Source of the DNA: a virus
Taxonomy: Duplodnaviria > Caudoviricetes
Length of the DNA stretch: 64,000 bases
IMG/VR virus record: IMGVR_UViG_3300047159_000056
Coordinates: 96,001 to 160,000 of that record
Reading direction: 5' to 3' (one strand)
Below the pieces are notes generated by a model. It searched no databases and was not told the DNA's origin. It saw only the letters and a program-made list of their open reading frames with translations. Shown piece after piece: positions 32,631 to 41,380 of the stretch. A program made the position numbers and the translations under genes. Each line of letters starts with the position of its first letter. The first letter of the stretch is position 1.

Positions 32631-32936
32631 TTAAAAATCAAAGAAGTCATCGCTCATATTAGATGATAACCCTTCAATTGTTCCTTTTGTTTCTTCTATA
32701 GCCTGAACCTTATTCTTTCCTTTAATTGTTTGTCCCTTATTTCCAAAATCTATCATTGGGAAATCAGGATCTAGTCCCTCTGTTTTTTCCATAAAGTCTT
32801 CATATACATCTTTCATTTTGAAGAGAGATGAAATAGAATAATGCTCTATAGAATCAACTTTCATGAACTTATTTAAATAAAATTTTAGATCCATCAATTG
32901 GGCTATTGACATAGAGGTCTCGAAAGAAATCGACAA
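32631..32936 (-). CDS. Small tail/baseplate assembly chaperone (gp51- or GT-extension-like)
   Basis: Overlaps the 3' end of 32869..33630 in the +1 frame, immediately upstream of the tape measure; alternative ATG at 32912. Confidence 0.5.
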   Translation of the reverse strand: MSISFETSMSIAQLMDLKFYLNKFMKVDSIEHYSISSLFKMKDVYEDFMEKTEGLDPDFPMIDFGNKGQTIKGKNKVQAIEETKGTIEGLSSNMSDDFFDF

Positions 32937-33630
32937 TGAGGGAATCTATACTCACTGCCACACTCCTCCTTTCCTCTGGTTTCTTATCTTTATTACATTC
33001 TGGACAATACACTTCAATAGGCTCTACTCTATCATAATATAATTCTCTAAGAGCCATGAGAAGAGTAATGTCACTATGTTTTGCTCCTAAGACATCCCTC
33101 TCTACTTGATTTCCTTTAAAGTCAAAATCTTTTATCAAGGCAATTGTTTTAATCATCTTAAGGTCTGTTATTTTCTTATACCTCAGGTAGACATTAAATA
33201 CCTTCATAAAATCATTGACTGTAGGAACAATAGTATCATAGTCATGTCCATTTAGCTTTATCTTTGCTCCATCCATAATCTTAGTATCAATCTGTTTAAA
33301 GTGTATATCCTTTTCAAATGATACTGTTTTCTCAATTTGATGACCACATACAGGACACTTAATACTAATCTCATAACTTAAGTCCTGAGAAATAGTTGAT
33401 AACTTCTTATAAAAAATTAAGAAGTCTACGTCCATAATATAACAATCCTTTATATTTTCATCATCCGCAATCAATGCTTTAATGTCATATAAATATTTTC
33501 CTAAGGGATCATCTTTTGGTTCATCTTCTAGATATTTTACTATTCCCATAAAATCTAGTGGGTTAACTCTAATTGTGGGGAAATTATAACCATATCCTCC
33601 ACTCGGTAATTGTGATACTGATATTTCCAT
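32869..33630 (-). CDS. Baseplate hub/tail assembly chaperone (T4 gp26-like)
   Basis: LPSGG.GY N-terminus, two CxxC motifs (CPVC, CPEC), DFF near the C-terminus. Confidence 0.65.
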   Translation of the reverse strand: MEISVSQLPSGGYGYNFPTIRVNPLDFMGIVKYLEDEPKDDPLGKYLYDIKALIADDENIKDCYIMDVDFLIFYKKLSTISQDLSYEISIKCPVCGHQIEKTVSFEKDIHFKQIDTKIMDGAKIKLNGHDYDTIVPTVNDFMKVFNVYLRYKKITDLKMIKTIALIKDFDFKGNQVERDVLGAKHSDITLLMALRELYYDRVEPIEVYCPECNKDKKPEERRSVAVSIDSLIVDFFRDLYVNSPIDGSKILFK

Positions 33631-33646
33631 AAATGTGTAAAATTAG

Positions 33647-33685
33647 AGACAGTCTTCCTTATTTATTCAATTTAGAAAACTGTCT
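33647..33685 (-). terminator. Intergenic stem-loop (possible terminator or processing site)
   Basis: Minus-strand arms AGACAGTTTTCT / GGAAGACTGTCT (12 bp, two G-U), followed by CTAATTTT; lies at the island/structural boundary. Confidence 0.45.
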
Positions 33686-33696
33686 TTTGTTTGTTT

Positions 33697-33873
33697 TTAT
33701 TTTATTAATTCAAATAGGTCCTTAACCCCAAAGAATATATTGTTATCAGCTGTCTTAGCTGATATTACTATTCCTCTAAATGGGTTATCTTCAACATCAA
33801 TTATCTCTCCTGGTATCTTATTATCTAAGCCAGTTAAGTCACTTGATATATAAACTTTATCTCCTACTTTCAT
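33697..33873 (-). CDS. 58-aa SH3/KOW-like small protein (not in the ORF track)
   Basis: Manual translation MKVGDKVYISSDLTGLDNKIPGEIIDVEDNPFRGIVISAKTADNNIFFGVKDLFELIK*; fills the gap after the IMPDH-family gene. Confidence 0.7.
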   Translation of the reverse strand: MKVGDKVYISSDLTGLDNKIPGEIIDVEDNPFRGIVISAKTADNNIFFGVKDLFELIK

Positions 33874-33880
33874 AATTTCT

Positions 33881-34939
33881 TTATTTGTTTATTGATTGGT
33901 ATGTATTTTCACTGATTACTACTAAGTCTACTTTCCCTATAAACTCACTTAAGCTCCTAGTTCCAGTATAAGACATAGCACTTCTTAGGTAATCTTTAAA
34001 ATTATTTGTCCAAGACCTAATAGTATATTTAATGGGCAAGTACATCTCAATTCCCTCAGATGTTTTTGTCTTCTTGCCACCTATATCTATTTGACCCTGA
34101 CCAGATGCCATACCATAGAATTTTTTATATAAGGTATGTGGAAGATCTCTTATTGTAAATTTTCCTTCTCCTGCATACTTTATATCCTCTAGGTTAGATA
34201 GCTTTATATAATTCTCATCTAGGACAGGAGCTTCACTTTCTAACATCTCATTAAAAATACTTCCTGCCATAACATAATCAGCACCTAAGGCCAGAGCTTT
34301 AATTATATCTGAATAGTTTCTAACACCACCATCAGCTACAATCCTACACTTACCACCTATCTTATCTTTTATAATCCTGGTATCTTCTATTAGTGAAGCC
34401 ATTGGATAGTGAATAGACACATTACTACTCGTTATACATCCTCTACCACTACCTATACCTACTCTAACAAAATCTACACCAGACTCTTCACAAATAGCAT
34501 AAGTTTCTGGATTAGCTATATTTCCAACCATAATAGTTAGATTGGAATACTTAGATTTTAATTTCTTAACAGTATCATAAAGATCCATCATATGACCATT
34601 AGCTATGTCTATTAAGATATTATTATTACAACCTAAGGATTCTCCCCTTACTATAATGTTTTTAGCTTCCCATAATGAAAATGCAGACCACGTTCCTTGG
34701 ATTAATTTTTTTAACCTAATAGAATAATCTACACTTCTGGGAATTATAGGAATTATACCATGATCCTCAAACTTAATATAACTTTGCAATCCTACTACTC
34801 CAGACATAGGTGCTGTAAATAATGGCAACATACCTGAACTAGTAAAAGGATTACACTCTATTCTATGTTCTACACCAGATACTTTAGCTGGAATTATAGA
34901 AACATCATTGTAACTATATTTTAATTCTTTCTTAATCAT
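33881..34939 (-). CDS. IMP dehydrogenase / GMP reductase family protein lacking CBS domains
   Basis: YNDVSIIP, TAPM, IDIANGH, VGNIA, RVGIGSGRGCITS (catalytic Cys loop), ADGG, KALALGADYVMAG, FYGMAS, LRSAMSYTG. Start placed at ATG 34939 (track start 34990 overlaps the upstream gene). Confidence 0.9.
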   Translation of the reverse strand: MIKKELKYSYNDVSIIPAKVSGVEHRIECNPFTSSGMLPLFTAPMSGVVGLQSYIKFEDHGIIPIIPRSVDYSIRLKKLIQGTWSAFSLWEAKNIIVRGESLGCNNNILIDIANGHMMDLYDTVKKLKSKYSNLTIMVGNIANPETYAICEESGVDFVRVGIGSGRGCITSSNVSIHYPMASLIEDTRIIKDKIGGKCRIVADGGVRNYSDIIKALALGADYVMAGSIFNEMLESEAPVLDENYIKLSNLEDIKYAGEGKFTIRDLPHTLYKKFYGMASGQGQIDIGGKKTKTSEGIEMYLPIKYTIRSWTNNFKDYLRSAMSYTGTRSLSEFIGKVDLVVISENTYQSINK

Positions 34940-34955
34940 AACATATATAGGGAAC

Positions 34956-35486
34956 CTAACCGATCTCAACCGCATTTTCAAACAAATCAATCACGAGAGA
35001 CCAATTTGATTTAAATAATTCCGGAGAGTGAGTTGCTATTATATATTGACTCTTAGTATGCTCTTGAATCTTCTCTAAGTTATATAGAAATCTTAACTTA
35101 ACTTCCATATGCAAAAATATCTCTGGTGTATCAATCAAGATAATAGACTCTTTAGAATTACATAAGAAACTATATAAGAGCCTTTGTTGTAATTCTCCAT
35201 CAGATAAATTCTCCATCTTAGTTCCATCATCTTCTAAGAATAACCCTATATTATTTTGTAACTCAGGAATTTCTTCTCCCATGTACTTATGCCAATACAA
35301 TTCATAAAGAGAATTATATATAGCTGAATCCTTAGGAAAACTCATCTGGATATCATTTAGACAACTAGATTTTCCGTAACCATTAGGACCTGTTATGAAA
35401 GTAATAGGTCTATCTGTAAAATCTAAATTAAATTCTCTCTTACCAACTCTACACTTAAATTTTTTAATCCACTTATTATTACCCAT
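34956..35486 (-). CDS. Compact ABC-type (AAA_15/AAA_21-like) ATPase
   Basis: Walker A GPNGYGKS, signature-like LSDGE, Walker B ILIDTPE, H-loop ATHSP. Confidence 0.8.
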   Translation of the reverse strand: MGNNKWIKKFKCRVGKREFNLDFTDRPITFITGPNGYGKSSCLNDIQMSFPKDSAIYNSLYELYWHKYMGEEIPELQNNIGLFLEDDGTKMENLSDGELQQRLLYSFLCNSKESIILIDTPEIFLHMEVKLRFLYNLEKIQEHTKSQYIIATHSPELFKSNWSLVIDLFENAVEIG

Positions 35487-35502
35487 ATATCTTTTCTTTT
35501 AG

Positions 35503-36066
35503 TCATATGTAAGGATTATAACTTAAGTCTTCTACATTTATTGCCTGATCCATATCTAGTAATCCATAATAATCAATAGGAAACTTTAAATAATTTCTTT
35601 TACAAACCATAAGAGTCCCCTTATTAACTACTATATTTCTCTCCTTATATTTAAATTCAAGATCTTCTTTGTATATTGGAAATGTAGGCCTATCAATAAC
35701 TATAGAATAATCATAACATTCAAAATCTTCTCCACCAATTACCCAGTTAGAAGAGGTACTAGAAATAATCGTATAAATTTTATCCTTTTTTAAAATTCTA
35801 TCAAAAAATTCTATTATAGGAATTACAGGAGCTTTTCCCTTCTCCATATGAACATACTTTCCTACACTAGAGGGAGGATATAAGATTGGTTTAATTTCAA
35901 GTATTGGATAAAAGTTAAACGATTCTCCTACTACATTAAGATTATCTCCTAACCTAGTAATCCCACAAAACCTGTCTATAGTATCACCTGACTTGAAATA
36001 CAAATTATTATCTACTATTAATTTTTCTTCTAAATATTTATAAAAAATTTCCATAAGGGCTTTCAA
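35503..36066 (-). CDS. Hypothetical phage protein
   Basis: 187-aa ORF with IKPILYP and IDYYGLL..AINV segments; start uncertain. Confidence 0.55.
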   Translation of the reverse strand: MKALMEIFYKYLEEKLIVDNNLYFKSGDTIDRFCGITRLGDNLNVVGESFNFYPILEIKPILYPPSSVGKYVHMEKGKAPVIPIIEFFDRILKKDKIYTIISSTSSNWVIGGEDFECYDYSIVIDRPTFPIYKEDLEFKYKERNIVVNKGTLMVCKRNYLKFPIDYYGLLDMDQAINVEDLSYNPYI

Positions 36067-36116
36067 GATCTGATTGAACAGTAGACAACATATTTCATTG
36101 TCATCTTGAAAGAATT

Positions 36117-37151
36117 TTATTTAATAAGATCTAATATTTTATATCCGTGATAAGACTTATTATTAATTTTTATAGATGTTGAATAAACAACAAAATATTT
36201 AGATATAATAGTAGAAGTGATTTTCTTTTTAATATTATATTTTTTAAATATAGTAGAAATATGATCTCTAATATAATCTCTACTATAAGTCTTCCCAATA
36301 TTAAACTGAGATATAATATCCTTTTTTATATCTTCTGTAAATTTCATCATTCTTTCTTTTTTATACATTTTATTTATTTTTCCTGAACCATTACAATCTT
36401 CTATATTTTTAACCCAGGATAAATGATTGGATAGATTAATAGATAATCTAGATAATATATTTATCTTTTCATTAGGGTTCTTATTAAACACTTCTATTAG
36501 AAATTTCATTCTATTTAACACTCCAGTAATTGATTTTAACTTATCTAAAATGTCAATAATAAATTTATTTGGTTTATTAAAACTATCTAGATATTTGTTT
36601 ATTATAACCTTATCAATATTGGTAAAACTTTTATATAAATAGCTAATAAAATCATCAAAAGTTATAATACTGGATAATTCTTTATTTATAGTTTTAATAT
36701 CTATAATTTTACTTGGATTCTCTTGCCTTAATATATAATTGTATATATTTTTTATTTTGGATAAAAAACTTACTGGTTCATATATTTTTCCATCTATACT
36801 ATAAATGTTTTCTAATTTGTTTATTAAGTTTTTATTTGGGTTTTTAAAGAAGTCAATTATCTCCTCACTATATTTATACCATTCCTTAAGGCCTCTTTTT
36901 ATTCCAATGTCAAATTTTGATAGCCTATATTTTTTAAAATATCTATGCACCCCACCTTCCTGTTTCCTTGTAACCCCAGGAATTGTATATAATAGTTTAT
37001 AAGAGGGATTGGCCGTTTTATAACTAGAAAATCTAAGTTTGTTAGTTTTTGCTTTATCTGAAGTATATCCTATTTTAAAAATGAAAAAGAATTTTACTTC
37101 TCCTGTTTTATTATCTTCTTTAAAGGATGAACTTTTTATTAAGTATAACAT
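36117..37151 (-). CDS. GIY-YIG / T5orf172-like endonuclease-domain protein
   Basis: MLYLI..FKIGYTSD..RFSSYKTANP..EWY pattern; basic, very AT-rich. Confidence 0.6.
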   Translation of the reverse strand: MLYLIKSSSFKEDNKTGEVKFFFIFKIGYTSDKAKTNKLRFSSYKTANPSYKLLYTIPGVTRKQEGGVHRYFKKYRLSKFDIGIKRGLKEWYKYSEEIIDFFKNPNKNLINKLENIYSIDGKIYEPVSFLSKIKNIYNYILRQENPSKIIDIKTINKELSSIITFDDFISYLYKSFTNIDKVIINKYLDSFNKPNKFIIDILDKLKSITGVLNRMKFLIEVFNKNPNEKINILSRLSINLSNHLSWVKNIEDCNGSGKINKMYKKERMMKFTEDIKKDIISQFNIGKTYSRDYIRDHISTIFKKYNIKKKITSTIISKYFVVYSTSIKINNKSYHGYKILDLIK

Positions 37152-37162
37152 ATTAATTTAGT

Positions 37163-37477
37163 TTATAAAAGCCATCTCCTAGCCCAATCATAGTGGTGTC
37201 TATCAATTGTATAGGCTAGGTTTGGCTCTCCGAAGTCTGCTTCTAGAACAAAAGAAATTTTCTTATATGATTCTCTTATATTCCATGTCATAGCAAATCT
37301 TAAAAGAAATTCTATAACAAACCAAATATAAAAACCAATAAATAATAATTCTTTCTTCTGCTCAAGGAATATCAAATATCTATTGAGAAGCAAATCAGAA
37401 TGCTTCTTCTCATTGTAGATCATGCACCATGGCCAGAGACAAATAATGAATAGAACATTCTTACTAATCAGCTTCAT
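37163..37477 (-). CDS. Small membrane-associated protein, zincin-like family with degenerate metal site
   Basis: LWPW..LLNRYLIFLEQKKELLFIGFYIWF..ISFVLEA; hydrophobic central helix. Confidence 0.45.
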   Translation of the reverse strand: MKLISKNVLFIICLWPWCMIYNEKKHSDLLLNRYLIFLEQKKELLFIGFYIWFVIEFLLRFAMTWNIRESYKKISFVLEADFGEPNLAYTIDRHHYDWARRWLL

Positions 37478-37585
37478 AACTTTCAGACTGTTCTATTTCT
37501 GTAACTGAACCTGGTGACTTAATTATCTTCTTCCTATCAAAGGAGACATTGTGGTTCTTTTTATTTTTTCGTAATAATATCATAA

Positions 37586-38920
37586 TCAAATACCAAATAT
37601 TTTTTTAATGGATTCACGCACCATTATAGCCGATGATTCCCAATATACATTCTCTTTTAATTCTGGATAATTATATATTAGATATGGTTGATGATTCTTA
37701 TCAAGAGCCATATTTAGTTTATTAAAATGATTATATAAATTTTTTCTGCAACTCACAGGCGTAGCTAGATATGAATTGCATAAATCTTTGGAAATTTCTA
37801 TATTTTCATCAACATTAGATCTTGAATAAACCATATTTTTATTTACGTAAGCACTTATATTGTTATTCTTCCATATATTATTCTTGCCTCTTATTCTTCC
37901 AGAAATATAATATAAATCTTGAGAAATATTATAAAAGATATCCAAATTATCACAGAGAATACATAACTTAGTAGAATCATTAGTATAAAGATCAATTCCT
38001 GTAGATACTTCTTTAGTACATAGAGTTATCGTATTATCTATAATCCCATCAGTTTTTGTACATGCATTTCCTAGTTTACTAATTAATTTATCCGTATTAT
38101 AGTCAGTGCTGTCACAAATTATGCTAGTGTTAGATTTTGATAAGTTACTAGCTATCATAAGATTTAATAGTTCATCTATATTATCAAGATATACTATCAA
38201 ATGTGATCCTGGATATTTTCCATCTCTATATTCTTCAATTAGAGATACTATTTCTTTTTTAGGATCTTCACTCATTAATATTTTAGGATTTGGCAATGAA
38301 TCTTTTTCCTCCCAATCTAATTCATATAGTGGAAAATTAGATAACTCTGGTATATCTAATATATGATTCTTTATAATTTCAAAACTATCCTGAATTACAT
38401 AAACTATGCTATTTACTCCTAAAGTTGATTTTATAAAAGAATCTATTTCATTTCCTCTATAAAGATTTGGATTAATAAATACATCTTGAAAATCATCTAC
38501 TACTGTTTGAAAGATATCTAACAATCCCATGTTTTCTAATATTTTCCTGACAATATAGTAAGACTCGTAGGTAACTATTATTTTACATGGCTTTTTAAGT
38601 GAATAACAATCATCTATCCATTTTTCTAACTCAGCTTGTAACTCTTTATACTTTTGAAATTTATAATTTATGTTTTTACCGACATCAACACTTAATACCT
38701 CTCCTTGGTGTTGATCTGTTTTATTCTGAAGCAATATTCTTCTAGGACTACATAAGATAACATTTAGACCTTTACTTCTTATGCACCATTCTGTATAGCC
38801 ACATCCAGGAATTTGTTTATCCAAAATATGCGGATAGTCATATAAATATTTTTCTTGATAATCCTTCCAATCACTAATAAATCTAATTCCTCTAGGTACT
38901 ATTATTTTTGTTCTACTCAT
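37586..38920 (-). CDS. Degenerate SF2 (DEAD-like) helicase-fold protein
   Basis: PGCGYT (Walker A-like, no Lys), ILCSPRRIL (motif Ia), IVTYES, VVDDFQ (Walker B-like), TGIDL, ISGRIR (motif VI-like). Confidence 0.6.
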   Translation of the reverse strand: MSRTKIIVPRGIRFISDWKDYQEKYLYDYPHILDKQIPGCGYTEWCIRSKGLNVILCSPRRILLQNKTDQHQGEVLSVDVGKNINYKFQKYKELQAELEKWIDDCYSLKKPCKIIVTYESYYIVRKILENMGLLDIFQTVVDDFQDVFINPNLYRGNEIDSFIKSTLGVNSIVYVIQDSFEIIKNHILDIPELSNFPLYELDWEEKDSLPNPKILMSEDPKKEIVSLIEEYRDGKYPGSHLIVYLDNIDELLNLMIASNLSKSNTSIICDSTDYNTDKLISKLGNACTKTDGIIDNTITLCTKEVSTGIDLYTNDSTKLCILCDNLDIFYNISQDLYYISGRIRGKNNIWKNNNISAYVNKNMVYSRSNVDENIEISKDLCNSYLATPVSCRKNLYNHFNKLNMALDKNHQPYLIYNYPELKENVYWESSAIMVRESIKKIFGI

Positions 38921-38953
38921 TTTAAATTATTTAAATTCTTCTATAAATAAGGA

Positions 38954-39208
38954 TCATTTATTCTCTTCATCAGCATTTCTGTAATATTCATCTATGTCAT
39001 CCTCATCGTCGTCTTCTTCAAACTCATCTGAATCATAATATTGCTGCTGAGTCTGTTGAGGAGGAATAACTGGCTTTCTTATCTCTTCCTCTTCTGGCTG
39101 CTCTGGTTCACCCTCTTTCTTCTTAAATATTAGAGGATGACCAGTTACACCAGTACCTTTTATTTTAATTTCAGGATAAGAAAATTGTTTTATCCTAGGT
39201 AATATCAT
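38954..39208 (-). CDS. KxFS-leader protein with acidic/Gln-rich tail
   Basis: MILPRIKQFS leader; D/E-rich C-terminus. Confidence 0.7.
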   Translation of the reverse strand: MILPRIKQFSYPEIKIKGTGVTGHPLIFKKKEGEPEQPEEEEIRKPVIPPQQTQQQYYDSDEFEEDDDEDDIDEYYRNADEENK

Positions 39209-39978
39209 AATTTCTGCTTAATTAATCTTATGTACTCTTTAACTACAGGATTGTTCATATATGGCTTATAAACTTTAATTAATGCTTCTTTCAAACCACT
39301 TATCTTAGTTCCACCATCAATATCATCTCCTATACTAAACACATCTTCATTGTTCTCACCATTTGCATAAGGAAACCAATTTATAGTATCATATTCACAT
39401 CCTAATATTATAATACTATCATTTTCATCGTCTGAATATTTTGTCCAATTATTTTTAAACTCATTCAAGCTTTTCCTAGTTATTACCGGAGTCATTAGTA
39501 TATAAAGATCTTCATCATTATAACCATTGTCTTTGTAATTCTTAACTAGAGTCGGTACCATTTTTATATTGATATCCATTAGACTTTGAACTTCAGGTGG
39601 AACAGAAAGAGCGTTAATATCTTTCTTATCCTGGTTAAATCTACTAAGTAAAGAAGATTCAGGATTTGTTTGGAATTCATATTTTTCCTTCCTTAACTTG
39701 TTATCTCTATCAATTGCCTTGTTAGATGTATTTGACCAAGTAGATCCTGCTCCAAGTGCTCCTCCAGCTAATGCTCCTATACCAGCACCTATAGCAGCTG
39801 AACCCTTTCTTATACCTTTGCCACCTGCAATTCCACCTATAACTCCACCAGTTAAACCACCACTAAGAGAACCAAGTAAACCATTTCTAACTGTTTGCCC
39901 AATTCTTTGTTTTGTAGTTAGGTGGGATTTGGGTATATATTCTGGAATAGCAAATAATTTTATCCTAGGTAATATCAT
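39205..39978 (-). CDS. KxFS-leader glycine-zipper protein
   Basis: MILPRIKLFA; two GxxxG-rich helices; C-terminal domain paralogous to neighbours. Confidence 0.75.
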   Translation of the reverse strand: MILPRIKLFAIPEYIPKSHLTTKQRIGQTVRNGLLGSLSGGLTGGVIGGIAGGKGIRKGSAAIGAGIGALAGGALGAGSTWSNTSNKAIDRDNKLRKEKYEFQTNPESSLLSRFNQDKKDINALSVPPEVQSLMDINIKMVPTLVKNYKDNGYNDEDLYILMTPVITRKSLNEFKNNWTKYSDDENDSIIILGCEYDTINWFPYANGENNEDVFSIGDDIDGGTKISGLKEALIKVYKPYMNNPVVKEYIRLIKQKL

Positions 39979-40733
39979 AATTTAGCTCTTATTTGTTTTG
40001 AAAATTCTCGTATCATAGGATCGTTATTTCCAATATAGTAAGAAGTTAGCGCTCCCTTAAGTGACCTATAGTCTCCATCTATATCATCTAACATAAATCC
40101 AAATGGCATATCTGAATCAGGAAACCAAGATAAACAATCAGTATTAAACTTGTTCATCTTCAGAATATTAATACCAAAAATAGCGCCATCCTTAAATTTC
40201 TTCAGATCATTATTTATTTCATAAGACTTCTTTGGTATAGGAAGATTATCACCTAGGCAATCTACATCATGAGTCTGTTCATAATATTTCATCATAGTAG
40301 GAATAAAACTAATTTCAATATCCATTAGCTTAATCAAATCTCTACCAGGACCACCAAACTCAATCTTATATAGGTCTCTCTTTCTAATATTAAGTGCCTC
40401 TCTTACATATGGCTCTGGATCTCTAAGAAACTCTCTATATTTTTCTTTGGCTAAGTTTCTGGCTTTTACTGCATTATTACTATCACCAAAGTAAGTCATT
40501 AGAGCAGCAGGTATACCAAGAATAGCACTACCGAGAGCCGCACCTCCAAAGATACTAGACTTCTTTCCTTCTCCAGCACTCCAACCAACTGTAGCTCCCA
40601 TACCAGCACCAACTGCAGCACCTCCTAGACCAGCTAATGAAGCCCTCCTAAGACGATCTTTCTTACTAACAAATTCTTCATCAACTATATCCTCTGGTCT
40701 GACTATATGTGAAAATCGTTTTAAATATATCAT
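39975..40733 (-). CDS. KxFS-leader glycine-zipper protein
   Basis: MIYLKRFS; AGLGGAAVGAGMGATVG; paralogue of 39205..39978 (shared WFP..DDIDG..LK.AL). Confidence 0.75.
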   Translation of the reverse strand: MIYLKRFSHIVRPEDIVDEEFVSKKDRLRRASLAGLGGAAVGAGMGATVGWSAGEGKKSSIFGGAALGSAILGIPAALMTYFGDSNNAVKARNLAKEKYREFLRDPEPYVREALNIRKRDLYKIEFGGPGRDLIKLMDIEISFIPTMMKYYEQTHDVDCLGDNLPIPKKSYEINNDLKKFKDGAIFGINILKMNKFNTDCLSWFPDSDMPFGFMLDDIDGDYRSLKGALTSYYIGNNDPMIREFSKQIRAKL

Positions 40734-40744
40734 AATTTATTTAT

Positions 40745-41380
40745 TTATTTTCCTGTTAATAGGTAAGAGAGATAATCTATGTATTCACTAAGACTCCACT
40801 TTTTATAACTCTTACTGCCAACTATATATTTTGGATCTATATCTTCACCTGATACAAATACTTTTTTATCATAGTCGGGATCAAAACTAAGATAAGCTCT
40901 TTTATAAATATCAGTTTTTCTAAATCTTTCTTTTAATGGTAGTTTCTTAATAGATGGACTCTGCTTTTCTAATTCTAGGTCTACCTTATCTTTAAATCTT
41001 GGTATTTGAGAATAGTAATTAGAAATCCAATAATCAGCAAATTGTTCTGGTGATTGACTAGTATATTTGGAAATAGGATCTCCAACATTCTTCCAAGATT
41101 CATAGACTTTCATAGGTACACTAAGCTTAATAAGAGATTTTCCTTTCCCTGGTTTCATTGGTAAGAAAGATCTTGACTTACTTAAGTATATTCTATCTTT
41201 CCTTTCCTCATCCTTTAGACCAGATCTAGAGGAAGCAGTACCAGGTTTTAAAGTCATCTTCTTTAATAATCCCTTAGAATATATAGAGTCTACATTCTCA
41301 TCTTTTGTCATATGATATAGATTCTTTCTACCACTAATATGCTCCCAAATAGAAAAATCTTTATTTCTTAGCAATATCAT
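40745..41380 (-). CDS. KxFS-leader protein with ADP-ribosyltransferase/Tpt1-like domain
   Basis: MILLRNKDFS; LYHMTKDENVDSIYSKGL, IYLS, DIDPKYI match the H-x-T / [VI]YLS / I.P.YI pattern of ART-fold NAD-using enzymes. Confidence 0.6.
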   Translation of the reverse strand: MILLRNKDFSIWEHISGRKNLYHMTKDENVDSIYSKGLLKKMTLKPGTASSRSGLKDEERKDRIYLSKSRSFLPMKPGKGKSLIKLSVPMKVYESWKNVGDPISKYTSQSPEQFADYWISNYYSQIPRFKDKVDLELEKQSPSIKKLPLKERFRKTDIYKRAYLSFDPDYDKKVFVSGEDIDPKYIVGSKSYKKWSLSEYIDYLSYLLTGK

